Positions 41,875 through 55,661 of a stretch of DNA of 64,000 nucleotides are shown here, one piece after another. This DNA is from Eledone cirrhosa (lineage: Eukaryota), in the NCBI GenBank assembly GCA_964016885.1, contig OZ024753.1, positions 16,058,001 through 16,122,000 on the forward strand, in the 5' to 3' direction. Position numbers and translations under genes: made by a program. The notes under the pieces are model-generated. The model was not told where the DNA came from. It did not search any database and saw nothing but the letters and a program-made list of their open reading frames with translations. Position 1 is the first letter of the stretch, and each line of letters starts with the position of its first letter.

Positions 41875-42218
41875 ATCATCATCAACATCATCATCATTTG
41901 ACGTCCGCTTTTCCCTGCTTGCAAGGGTGGGATGGGAACTGATTCTGGCTTGATTTCTATAGCTGGATGCCCTTCCTAACACCAACCTCATTTACAGTGA
42001 GTGCTGGGTACTTTTTTGCCGTGGCCCTCCACAACCACTTTGCAGTGGAATGATATGGACCCTAGTCCTATCAGCTCATTTCTACAGCGGAGTAAACTGG
42101 AGCAATGTGAAATAAAGTGTCTTGCTCAAGGAAACAACACATCACCCAGTCTGAGAATTGAACTCACAACCTTTCGATTGCAAGACCAATGCTCTAACCA
42201 CTAAGCCATGTGCCTCCA
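41875..42218 (-). mobile_element. Full-length SINE family B
   Basis: Reverse complement of the 42543-42888 copy; flanked by (TA)n. Confidence 0.9.
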
Positions 42219-42368
42219 TATTGATATATATATATCATTTATCCAAAATCTCTGAAGAAGTGACAACTGATTATACATTTGCTATCGAATACTTGCTAAC
42301 ATTATATGATTACGCAAGCAGCGATACATAGGTATTCCGTCTGTTACAGAAACATATGTCAATACCTA

Positions 42369-42437
<69 letters not shown>

Positions 42438-42465
42438 TACATACATACATACATACATACATACA

Positions 42466-42542
<77 letters not shown>

Positions 42543-42544
<2 letters not shown>

Positions 42545-42888
42545 AGGCACATGGCTTAGTGGTTAGAACATTGGCCTTGCAATCGAAAGGTTGTGAGTTC
42601 CATTCTCAGACCGGGTGATGTGCTGTTTCCTTGGGCATGACACTTTATTTCACATTGCTCCAGTTTACTCAGCTGTAGAAATGAGATGATAGAGACTGGG
42701 GTCCCTATCATTCCACTGCAAAGTGGTCGTGGAGGTGCCACGGCAAAAAAGCACCCAGCACTCACTGTAAATGAGGTTGGTGTTAGGAAGGGCATCCAGC
42801 TGTAGAAATTAAGCCAGCATCAGTTCCCGTCCCACCCTTGCAAGCAGGGAAAAAGCGGACGTAAAATGAAATGATGAAATGATGATGA
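42543..42888 (+). mobile_element. Full-length SINE family B (tRNA head, RTE-derived tail)
   Basis: TGGCTTAGTGG box A, GAGTTCCATTCTC box B, tail CCCGTCCCACCCTTGCAAGCAGGGAAAAAGCGGACGTAAAATGA matching the RTE end at 53405-53456. Confidence 0.92.
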
Positions 42889-43347
42889 TATATATATATA
42901 TAAATAAATATATGATTTTTTTAAATTTATTTATCTATTCTTTTATTCACTTATTTGTTTATTTATTTATTTATTTATGTATTTCTTCAGCCTTTCATTG
43001 TTCTACTTACTGTTTCGACCTCCTCCCCCCTCGCCAGTATCCTCTTTGACCTCACACCCAGCTGTAGCTGGCACTACCAATGCATGAATGGGTCTACTCC
43101 ACCCCCTCTCCCCTTTTCTCCTACTGGCAGGTTTAGCTACCCCTTCCCCCACCAACTTGCCATCACAGATTTACTACTAACTTGTGATGTGACCAATCCT
43201 GGTGATTATCTTTTTGACCATATATGGAATTACCCCTTGATAAGTTCGGCTATTTAAATACCAGAATTAATTTTTCATTCAGTACAGAATTAGCCGTCGA
43301 AACGGCTTGAGCTCAGCCGTCGGGGTCTTACTTGTTCCTATAAATAA

Positions 43348-43382
<35 letters not shown>

Positions 43383-43429
43383 AGAGAGCAAACTTCAGCA
43401 AAACGAAAGTAGGAAATAAGATATAACTG

Positions 43430-43575
43430 ACTTCTTCAAGGAACTGGCCCTGCTTAATATGTAGAAAAGCAGACATAAACTCTGTGTACACAATTCTTGG
43501 GTACACAAGAGATGTAGTGGGATAATGGGTAGATTAACAGGAAAGGAAGACAGTGGATGTAAAAGGTACACACAG
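43430..43575 (+). mobile_element. Small decayed RTE fragment (Cys-rich finger region)
   Basis: Translates in pieces as NWPCLICRK and [16 protein letters not shown]. Confidence 0.7.
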
Positions 43576-44526
43576 GTAATCGAGGGAATGAGAGTCGGGG
43601 CCCAAATTTGTCACCTTCTGTCAACTGATTCTGTCTTGTAAAGATTACATGAAGGGTAGATATAAAAGTGAAATACTCAACCACTTTCTCAATAATTCTA
43701 TAGGTAAGAAGTTCAATAAATCTAACAACTGAAGCATTCATTGTAGCAACATGACAGAAATACATTTTCACTGTTATTTTATACGCAAATAGTATATATT
43801 ATATATATAATATATATATAATATTTATTATATATAATATAAATATAATATATATTGATGTTAAAACCATCGTTATTGATGTCAAGTCATTGATATAAAA
43901 CTGAAAATAAATACGGACCAAGTATATTTATACATAAAAGCAAAATGTCACTTTTTCCCTGCCAAATACAATCAAAACCAACTCTGCTGAATTTTCAGTC
44001 ATAAATAAATAAGAACTAAACTTTATATATATATACACACACACATACACATATTTACACACACATATACATACACACAAATATATATACACACACACAT
44101 ACACATATTTACCATATTTACACACACACACACACAGACACATATACACACACACATACACAAATATATATATATATACACACCCCAATATATGTATATA
44201 TATATATATATTTATACACAAGCAGATAGAATAGCAAATATAAGATTGATTGATAAAATATATATTTGCAAGCAAGAATCCACTGATGCAGAACAGTAGG
44301 AAAATGGTTTTTCTGTGGTAATTTTCTAGAAACTTCCAGTTCTTCCATGATAGAATATTAGGAGTAAACATCGGTAAATGGCTGCAAGGAACCTTTCAAA
44401 CAAGAGCCTGCAGTAAAAGGTATTCTTGCTTTGATAGTAAACTAAATTTTTACCTAGACTTGTCACTTTATAGAGTTACATAACCAACAATGGGAAGACA
44501 TTTTGATGAGAAGAAAATGAAAAAAA

Positions 44527-44572
<46 letters not shown>

Positions 44573-44634
44573 TTATTCTATTATATATATATATATATTT
44601 ATTTATTCTATTATATATATATATATATTTATTC

Positions 44635-44670
<36 letters not shown>

Positions 44671-45111
44671 TCTATTATATATGTATATATATATATACAT
44701 ATGTATTGTAGCAATAAAGCAATGCAAATATCGGATAAGTAACACTCTACTGTTTATAGGACTGTAGTATAAATAATATAAGATCGAAAGATGGTTAAAA
44801 GAGTTTAACCATCTTTTGATCTTATATTATATATATATATAGGTATTGAAGTTTCTGTTGAAAATTGAAAAAGTCATAGGAGTGAAGAGTACTCTATGTA
44901 AGTTACAGAGCTAAATTAAATGTATAATAAACAATACAATACAAGTATTTTTTTTGCCCGTTAAACTTTTGCCTTTCTTGAGGAGATTTTTCAAATATTT
45001 CACCATGTTTTAAATTGCCTTGTCTGACAAACGAATGAGGATGTTTCTTGTATTTGTCTTATTCGGGAAACCTCTGGAAATGAGGTAATTATATTGTATT
45101 GTTTATTATAC

Positions 45112-45146
<35 letters not shown>

Positions 45147-45797
45147 CGTAATATTGCCAGAATTAATAACAGAACACACTCACTGTTTGGTTGGTTTTCG
45201 CTTCTTGCTGTCTTTTATATCTGCGATCTAACTTACTCGGTCCTCAATGTTCTGTTATTAATTCTGGCAATATTACGCAAATATGACCCTCCCCAAGTAT
45301 AACAATATCTGTTTCGACACACGATTTCATATATATTTATTCTATTATATATATATATATTTATTTATTCTATTATATATATATATATATTTATTTATTC
45401 TATTATATATATATATATATATACCTTCAGCCGTTAATATGCATAAAGAAAGTATATACATTCAGACATCCAATCATCTGGCAGAAAGGTATACGGTGCT
45501 GACTATAGCTAATAAGCTAGAAACTAGTACATCGTTCCTGTGTCAGTGTTGAACATAAGGGCGACGATGGTTGCCGAACACTGTACGGCATAATTCGGGA
45601 TGTTTGTTTACAAACAAATCGAGCATTATAATAAATGTTCGGTGAATCCATACGTACATATATATATGTGTGCATGTATGTATATATACATACTACTGTA
45701 CATCTGTATACATATATGTATGTACGTATACATACTTATATTTAACTAACAGCCGTACTAAGAGTGAGGAATGAAATTTTGTTTCATTTTTTCCATT

Positions 45798-45799
<2 letters not shown>

Positions 45800-45866
<67 letters not shown>

Positions 45867-47420
45867 GAATAAATATATATATATATATATATATATAATA
45901 GAATAAATATATATATATATAAATATGATAGTCTCTAGACATAAATATAACCATACACATATATACATACAACCACATCCCTACTCTCACATATATATAC
46001 ACATACATCATGAAGCACTTATTTGCTTTATATATATATACATATATACACGCACACACATATATATATACATACACACACATATATATATATATATATA
46101 TACATGCACACACACACACATATATATATACATATACACACATATATATACATATATACACACATATATATATACACATACATATATATATATATAAATA
46201 AATATACATACACTCATATATATAGACATCTATACACACACACACACACATATATACACACTCATATATATATAGACACACACCTATATATACACACACA
46301 CTCATATATATAGAGACACATCTATATACACACACACATATATACACATACACTCATATATATATAGACATATATATACACACACACATACATACACATA
46401 CACATATATATATAGACACATCTATACACACACACACATATATACACATACACTCATATATATAGACACATCTATATATATATACACATACACACATACT
46501 CATATATATATATAGACACACATCTATATATATACACACACACATATATACACATACATTCATATATATATATATAGACATCTATATACACACACACACA
46601 TATATACACATACACTCATATATATATAGACATCTATATATGAGTGTATGTGTATATATGTGGGTATGTGTATATATCTAGATGTGTCTATATATATATA
46701 TATATATGAGTGTATGTGTATATATGTGTGTGTGTATATATGTGTGTGTGTATATATGTGTGTCTATATACATACTCATATATATATATATAGACACATA
46801 TATACACACACACATATATACACACACACACATATATACACATACACTCATATATATATATATAGACACATCTAGATATATACACATACCCACATATATA
46901 CACATACACTCATATATAGACACACATCTATATATATACACACACACACATATATACACATACACTCATATATATATAGACACACATCTATATATACACA
47001 CACACACATAAATACACATACTCATATATATATAGACACATCTATATATACACACACACATATACACATACTCATATATATATAGACATACATCTATATA
47101 TACACACACACACACACATAAATATACATACTCATATATATATATATAGACACATATATACACACATATATACACACACACATATATACACATACACACA
47201 TATATACACATACACTCATATATATATATATAGACACATATATATACACACACATCTATATAGATACACACACACACATATATACACATACACTCATATA
47301 TATATATATAGACATATATATATACACACACATCTATATAGATACACACACACACATATATATACACATACACTCATATATATATAGACACATCTATATA
47401 TATACACACACACACACATG
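45800..47420. repeat. Compound (TA)n/(CA)n microsatellite
   Basis: Low-complexity purine-pyrimidine alternation. Confidence 0.97.
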
Positions 47421-47679
47421 TATTCATGTGTCATGAAATGTGAAGTTATTGATGTATAAGCATGTCATCATGTCATCATGTCATCATCATCATCATCATC
47501 ATCAGCAATCTGTTTCTCCACTGTGATGTGGGTTGGACAGGTTGTCAAAGACCGAGTCAGAACTCAATCAAGATGGCCGACCTTACAGACCAGAGACCCA
47601 CATCTTACTAGCTTCTGGTATGGTTTCATTGCTGTACCACATTGCATATTACCATCATCATCATCATCATCATTTAATG

Positions 47680-48735
47680 TGATGGTGGTGTTGGGGTGTG
47701 GTGGTGGTGGTGTTGGTGTGGTGGTGGTGGTCGTGTTGGTGTGGTGGTCGTGTTGGTGTGGTGGTGGTGGTGTGGTGGTGGTGTGGTGGTGGTGTCAGTA
47801 TTGGTGTTGGTGTGGTGGTGGTGGTGGTGTGGTGGTAGTTTTGTGGTGGTGGTAGTGGTGTGGTGGTGGTGGTGGTGGTGTTGGTGGTGGTGTTAGTGTT
47901 GTGGTGGTGGTGTTGGTGGTGGTAGCGGTGGTGGTGTTGGTGGTGGTAGTGGTGGTGGTGTTGGTGGTGGTGTTAGTGTGGTGGTGGTAGTGGTGGTGGT
48001 AGTGGTGGTGGTGTTGGTGGTGGTGGTAGTGGTGGTGGTGTTGGTGTGGTGTTGGTGTGGTGGTGGTGTTGGTGCGGTGGTGGTGTTGGTGCGGTGGTGG
48101 TGTTGGTGCGGTGGTGGTGTTGGTGCGGTGGTGGTGTTGGTGCGGTGGTGGTGTTGGTGCGGTGGTGGTGTTGGTGCGGTGGTGGTGTTGGTGCGGTGGT
48201 GGTGTTGGTGCGGTGGTGGTGTTGGTGCGGTGGTGGTAGTGGTACTGGTGTGGTGGTGGTAGTGGTACTGGTGTGGTGGTGGTAGTGGTGTTGGCGTGGT
48301 GGTGATAGTGGTGTTGGCGTGGTGGTGATAGTGGTGCTTTTGTTTTATCATTATTTAATGTAGTGGAGGTGGTGATATTACAGGTGTTTTTGTTGTTATT
48401 GTTTTGGTACTACTGATGGTGGTGGTGTTAGTGGAGGTGATGACAATGACATTGTTGCTGATGGTGTAGTAGTTGGTGGTGGTGGTAACAGTGATGATGC
48501 TGATGTTGTTGGTGGTGGTGATGGTACTACTATTATTGTTGTGGTGGTGGGGTAGTTGTTGGTGGTGTAGTTGGTGGTGGTGGTAGTACTACTGTTGTTG
48601 TGGTGGTGGTGGTGGTGGTGGTGTAGTAGTTGGTGGTGGTGGTAGTACTACTGTTGTGGTGGTGGTGGTGTAGTAGTTGGTGGTGTTAGTACTACTGTTG
48701 TGCTGGTGGTGGTGTAGTTGTTGTGGTGGTGGTGA
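47680..48735. repeat. (GGT)n-based G-rich simple repeat with an 18-bp subarray GGTGGTGGTGTTGGTGC-like
   Basis: Direct reading. Confidence 0.95.
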
Positions 48736-49591
48736 CAGTGATGAAGTTGTTGATTCCTCTATCTTAACACAGCAAAGGTATGTGTCTATCTATGAAACAG
48801 TAAAGGTGACAGTTGGAGAAAATATAATATACTCTTTTAATCTTTTACCTGTTTCAGCCATCCGGCTCAGGCCATGCTGGGGCACCGCCCTTGACATATA
48901 TATATATATTTAATATGAAGCATTATGAGGTATGTGGTTAAGATTGGTGAAAGCCATGTACAATGCAAGTTAGAAATATAGGAATGAAAACTAGAGTAGA
49001 GTAAGGTATACAAAAAAAACAAAAACATTTTATACTTTATCTTATATTTTGAGGTTGGAGCCCCTTTTTCAAAGGAAAGAAAATGAAGTGTGATGTTCTA
49101 CTATAGATAAATTAGATTAGAGGTGTGAAAATGTTGAAATAGCTAATCACCAATCATAATACTTGAAGGGTGCTAACATCAAAATATCAGGAAATATAAA
49201 GTAAAGTATAAACTTTTCTTTCATTTCTCTTACTTTATTCAAATCTAGTTTTAACTCCTTTATTTCTATCTTGCATTGTACTAACTTTCTCACATCAATC
49301 TTATATATCATCAACATTGTTTCATGTTCATTTTCCCTGATAGCAAATTTTGGACATGTTGTCACAGATCAGTTAGTTTTCAAACAATAGCAACAGAGCA
49401 TGCAGATGGGCAGAGTGGAGGTGGTGGGGGTAGATCTTGCTTACATATGTTTCCGCACTTTCTTGATTGCTCTAACAAGCCAGAGGCATGACATACAATT
49501 TTGTATTACCAACACTAGGATGGTTGTCATATATCTGACACATCTTGTCATCATCATCATCATCATCATCATCATTCCACGCTAGGATGTC

Positions 49592-49625
49592 ATATATATA
49601 TGTGTGTGTGTGTATATGTGTGTGT

Positions 49626-49666
<41 letters not shown>

Positions 49667-49868
49667 TACAATATATATATATATATATACATAGATATAT
49701 ATACATACATATATATATATATACATAGATATATATACACATATACATACAACATATATATATATACATAGATATATATACATACATATATATATATACA
49801 TAGATATATATACACATATACATACAACATATATATACATATATATATATATACACATATATACATAC

Positions 49869-49901
<33 letters not shown>

Positions 49902-49904
49902 TAC

Positions 49905-49953
<49 letters not shown>

Positions 49954-50029
49954 TACAACATATATATACATATATATATATATACACATATACATACATA
50001 TATATATATATATACACACATATACATAC

Positions 50030-50060
<31 letters not shown>

Positions 50061-50313
50061 CACACATATACATACATATGTATATATACACACATACACA
50101 TACATATACACACATATACATACATATATATATATATATAAATAAAATTAACATATATACACATATAGATACATACATATATATATATATACATATATAT
50201 ATACACATATACATACAACATATATATACATATATATATACACACATATACATATATATATACATATATATATATATATACACACATATACATACATATA
50301 TACATATACATAC

Positions 50314-50365
<52 letters not shown>
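49592..50365. repeat. (TA)n/(TACA)n microsatellite
   Basis: Direct reading. Confidence 0.97.
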
Positions 50366-50368
<3 letters not shown>

Positions 50369-50370
<2 letters not shown>

Positions 50371-51615
50371 ATTAACCTGTCTAAGACTAAAGTTCTAGTT
50401 TGTAAGAAGGAAAATAGGGCGCCGGTCCCATCCGGGAAATGGCCATGCTCAGTGTGTAGGAAAGGAGTAGGTAGAAACTCCATTTTATGTCCCAAATGCA
50501 AAGTATGGGTGCATAAAAGATGTAGTGGGATCACAGGTAAGCTAACTAAGAACATAGATATTACATGTGGCCGGTGCTCTGGTGCAATAAGTAGCAGCAA
50601 GTGCCCACAGAATACTAGCTCTTTCAATTGCACAGAGGGTTCTATAGAAATAGTGAACAGCTTCCGTTACCTAGGTGACAAAATCAGCAGTGGTGGAGGG
50701 TGCTCCGAAAGTACAGTAGCTAGAGTCAGAACTGGATGGAAAAAGTTCAGAGAGCTTATACCACTATTAGCTGCTAAAGGGTTCTCCCTAAAAATGAAAG
50801 GCAGGCTGTATGATGCCTGCATACGAACAGCAATGTTGCGTGGCAGTGAGACCTGGGCATTGTGTGTAGAGGATATACGCAGACTAGAGAGGAACGAGGC
50901 TTGCATGCTCCACTGGATGTGTAATAGTAATATACGTGAACGGCAAAGTATTAACGAACTAAGGGAAAAATTAGAAATAAGAGGGATCAGATGTTGTTTA
51001 CTCGAGAGAAGGCTACATTGGTATGGTCACGTGATGCGCATGAAAGGCGACAGCTGTATAAAAAAGTGCAGGGCAATAAAAATAGACGGTAGCCACGGAG
51101 TAGGCAGACCCAGAAAAACCTGGGATGACTTGATAAATTCCGACCTCACACACTTACACCTCTCCAAGACAATGTCACTGGACCGAGATCTTTGGCGCTA
51201 CACAGTAATAGAGAAGACCCGCCTTACCTAAATACAAAGTAAAACCTACTACAGTCTGTAGGCACCTCTAACAAAATACACCCCCGTCCCACTACCCCCA
51301 ACCCATCCATACCACCCCTTTCAATGTAAAGTTATGTTGGTACCACAATATCCAGGCCGAAACAAATGAGGTCGTGTAGGTGTCACGACAAAAAAACACA
51401 CAGCCCACGCTGTAATATGGCCGTGTAGGTAACACGGTAAAAACCTCCCAGTTCCACACTGTAAATGTGGTTGGTGTTAAGAAGGGCATCCAGCCGTAGA
51501 AAACCCGCCAGACAGTCCTATGCGAGCAAGACAACCACTCTTGCCTCAAGTGGGAAAACTCCCATCCAAACCCATGCAAGCGTGGAATATGGACATTAAA
51601 CGATGATGATGATGA
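50369..51615 (+). mobile_element. 5'-truncated RTE LINE with about 370-nt 3' UTR and (GAT)n tail
   Basis: Open ORF 50452-51231 with [33 protein letters not shown]; ends GGACATTAAACGATGATGAT. Confidence 0.95.
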
Positions 51616-51626
51616 TATATATATAG

Positions 51627-53456
51627 AGGCATAAATGTTTCCGGGATGATGCCGGTGTACTTAGTGTCATGAATGATCAGAAAAAGGAGGCCTGGAAATG
51701 TCATTATGAGAGACTGATGAATGTGGAGAACGAATGGGAGAGAGAGAAATTACCCTTAGAGGAACCAGCTATTGAGATTGACGAATATAGGGTCCAAGAG
51801 GCGATTAGTGAAATGAAAAATGGTATGGCTGCTGGACCATTTGGGAATAGTTGCTGAGATGCTGAAGGCATCAGGGGACGTAGGCACTAAACTGGTTGCA
51901 CGCATCATCAATCAGGCAATATATGGTGGTGTCATACCCAAAGACTGGTGCAGCAGTATTCTCATAAATTGCTACAAAGGTAAAGGGGATGCTCTGGAGA
52001 GGAGCAATTGTAGGGGTATAAAACTGATGGATCAGGTTATGAAAGTGGCAGAAAGGATATTAGCACAACTAATTAGAGAAAGGGTCAAACTAGATGAGAT
52101 GCAGTTTGGTTTTGTGCCTGGGATGAGTACAACAGATGCCCTCTTCTTGGTGAGACAATTGCAAGAGAGGTTGTTAGAGAAAAATAAGCCACTATACCTC
52201 GCCTTTGTTAACCTAGAGAGGGCCTTTGATAGGGTACCCCGATCTGTCATCTGGTGGTCCCTAAGGAAGCTAGGTGTTGAGGTATGGCTTGTGAGGACAG
52301 TGCAAACTTTGTACAGAGGTACTCTCAGTAAAGTCAGGGTAGGAATGGAGTTTAGTGAGGAATTCCAGATACAAGTAGAAGTACATCAAGGTTCGGTCCT
52401 CAGCCCGTTCTTGTTCCAAGCCATAACAGAGGAGTTTAAGACTGGCTGTCCATGGGAACTTCTCTATGCTGACGATCTGGTTCTTATAGCAGAATCAGTA
52501 GAGGAGCTAGAGAATAAATTCTGGCTATGGAAACAGCAGTTGGAAGCAAGAGGACTGAGAGTGAACCTAGCTAAGACAAAAGTGTTGATGAGTAGAAAAG
52601 AGGACAAAACTCTGATTCCGTCAGGGAAATGGCCATGTTCGATATGCAGAAAAGGAACTGGCATAAATTCTATAAAATGCACACAATGCAGATCCTGGGT
52701 ACACAACAGATGTAGCGGGATAGCAGGCAAACTAACAGGTAGGGAGAAATATGTATGCAGTAGATGTACAGGGAAATTAGACAGTAGAAGTCGCATTGAT
52801 AGACACATTTTTCAAATGCAGGAGGCTGCTATAGAAGTGGTGGATAGCTTCCGGTACCTAGGAGATCAGATTAGCATGGGAGGAGGGTGTTCCGAGGCCA
52901 TAGTATCTAGAATAAGGACGGGTTGGAAGAAGTTTAGGGAGCTGCTTCCTCTGTTGATGAAGAAGTGTTTCTCCCTGCGTACAAAAGGCCGGTTGTATGA
53001 TGCCTGTGTGAGGAGCGCGATGCTGCATGGTAGTGAGACATGGGCATCAACTGCAGAGGATATGCGACGGCTGGAGAGAAATGAGGCAAGCATGCTCCAT
53101 TGGATGTGCAGTGTAAATGTGCGTGAACGACCCAGCATAAATGTGTTGAGAGAGAAACTGTGTCTGAGAGGGATAGACTGTAGTGTACGGGAGAGGAGAC
53201 TGAGGTGGTATGGACATGTGATGCGCATGGAGGATGACCGATGGGTGAAGAAGTGCCAGGAAATGCCAGTTGAAGGAAGACGTGGTAGAGGTAGACCACG
53301 AAAAACATGGGCGGAGGTGGTGAGAACAGACCTCAGATCATTGAAGCTCACGGTGGAGATGACGAAGGACCGTGACAAGTGGAGAGATGCTGTGCTGAAT
53401 AAGACCCGTCCCACCCTTGCAAGCAGGGAAAAGCGGACGTAAAATGATGATGATGA
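51627..53456 (+). mobile_element. 5'-truncated RTE LINE, second family; stop codon runs directly into a (TGA)n tail
   Basis: QFGFVPG, AFDRVP, HQGSVLSP, LLYADDLVL (52459-52485), FRYLGD, WYGHVMR, GRPRKTW; frameshift near 51840. Confidence 0.96.
51820..53442 (+). pseudogene. RTE-type reverse transcriptase fragment (540 aa open) with an inserted PHD-like finger; no endonuclease domain
   Basis: RT motifs as above; truncated at 5'; motif A Asp reads N (FVNLERAFD). Confidence 0.9.
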
Positions 53457-53489
53457 TATATATATACATATATATACGTATATATATAT

Positions 53490-53656
53490 TGTGAAAGCGG
53501 TACAAGCCATGTATAGGGGAGCAGTCAGCAAAATTAGGATTATCAATGAGTATAGCGAGGAATTTAGCGTACAGGTTGGGGTCCACCAGGGCTCTGTTCT
53601 TAGCCCCCTCCTGTTCATCATAGTCCTGCAGGCAATAACGGAGGAGTTTAAGACGA
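53490..53656 (+). mobile_element. RTE RT internal fragment
   Basis: VQVGVHQGSVLSPLLFIIVLQAITEEFKT. Confidence 0.88.
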
Positions 53657-54039
53657 TCCAACCTGGTGGAAATGTGAGTGAGAAAAGGATTTCGCACAGG
53701 TCAAACGGGAGGAAGTGATGGAGAGGGAGTAGCAGAGAGTGAGTGAGTGAAAGTGTGAGGAAGAGGCTAACTGAGAGAGTGACTGGCAGAGGGGCTAAAA
53801 AGAAAGTGAGAGATACAGAGAAAGGGGAAGCAGTAAGAAAGAAACAGACGGGTCACAGCGGAGGAAAATATATAAATATATGAAAAAATGGCGTGCTGCG
53901 TGGTTGAAAATGGGTTACATATGAATAAAATTAGTCCTTCGTCAGTGATCTTCCAGCCTTCATTGGTATTTCATCACTTTAAAGATCATATACCTATATC
54001 ACCATCACACTCCATTTCCTTTAATTTACTCTACAGACT

Positions 54040-54458
54040 TCTTTCTCTTTCTTCCCTCTCTTTATCTTTCCCTGACCTCCCTCTCTCCCTCCTCTCATTC
54101 TTTCTCTCCCACCCCTCCTCCCATCTATCTCTCATTCCTAACTTTCTCTCCCCAACCTATCTCTGTTTCTTTCTCTCCCCAACCTATCTCTTCTTTTCCC
54201 TCTCTATCTCTGCCTCTCTATCTCTGTCACTCTTCCCCTCTCTCTTTCTCTCTGTGTATCTCTACCTCTCCCAACCCTCTCTCCCCCTCTGTCACTTCTC
54301 CCCTCTCTATCTACCTCTTTCATCCCCCCCCCTCTGTCTCTCTACCTCTCCCACCCCTCTCTCTACCTCTCCCACCCTCTCTCTACCTCTCCCACCCCCT
54401 CTCTCTCTACCTCTCCCACCCCCTCTCTACCTCTCCCACCCCCTCTCTCTACCTCTCT
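54040..54458. repeat. CT-rich polypyrimidine tract ending in a ~19-21-bp tandem CTCTCTACCTCTCCCACCC
   Basis: Direct reading. Confidence 0.9.
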
Positions 54459-54756
54459 ATACAATTTACCACAGTTAATAACTTTCCAATCTCCACCAGA
54501 AGAAGAAGTAACACTATTTCTTCATCTCTCCCCCATTTCAAACAACTTCCTGCCTCACAACACACTTAATATACACTCAACATTTTAATATCCTTCCTTT
54601 TATTACACAAACCATTCTTTATTATTACTTGTTATTGATTCAAGAAATCATGATGGATGTACCATTGCCGATTGCCAATATTGATTCCAAGTAGCCAGCT
54701 CCTCTTACTAATATTGATTTCAGAACCGATAATTCTATACTTCACTGTAGATACCC

Positions 54757-54770
54757 ATATCTCATTCAGC

Positions 54771-54804
<34 letters not shown>

Positions 54805-54860
54805 ATGAATGTATATATGTATGAGTGTATATTTTGATCTATATACTCATATCTCATTCA

Positions 54861-54919
<59 letters not shown>

Positions 54920-55060
54920 TATGCATATATACATATATATATACATATATATATACATATATATATATACATATATATATATACATATATATATACATAT
55001 ATATATACACATATATATATACATATATATATACATATATATATACATATATATATATAC

Positions 55061-55095
<35 letters not shown>

Positions 55096-55108
55096 CATAT
55101 ATATATAC

Positions 55109-55166
<58 letters not shown>

Positions 55167-55240
55167 ATGAATGTATATATGTATGAGTGTATATTTTGAT
55201 CTATATACTCATATCTCATTCAGCATATATATATATATAA
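54757..55240. repeat. Tandem duplication of a ~91-bp unit with an expanded (TA)n in the second copy
   Basis: CATATCTCATTCAGCATATAT at about 54757, 54848 and 55210. Confidence 0.88.
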
Positions 55241-55402
55241 ATATATATATAATTTTTTTTTTCCACCCTTCTCAGTATTGATTTCAAACACTCAGCTATT
55301 TTACATGATTGGCAAATAAACAGAAAACTATATCTGGAATTTTAATCAATCTCCTGTGAATACATATATATATATAAATATATACATACATGTGTGTGTG
55401 TC

Positions 55403-55434
<32 letters not shown>

Positions 55435-55435
55435 C

Positions 55436-55508
<73 letters not shown>

Positions 55509-55574
55509 TATATAATAGAGGATTTTCTGTCCTATGGTCGAAGCTTTTCTTTTTTAGATAGCAATCAAAATAAC

Positions 55575-55661
55575 TGTTTCTACTTTTGGCACAAGGCCAG
55601 CAATTACCCCAGTGCATTACTGGTACTTTATTTTATCGACCCTGTAAGGATGAATGGCAAG
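55575..55661 (-). mobile_element. 5'-truncated SINE family A
   Basis: TGTTTCTACTTTTGGCACAAGGCC...GTAAGGATGAA. Confidence 0.85.

Noticed and set aside
44270-44410. Minus-strand unique segment with an acceptor-like site and peptide WKFLENYHRKTIFLLF
   Set aside because: No convincing donor and no recognisable domain; could be a host exon but cannot be supported
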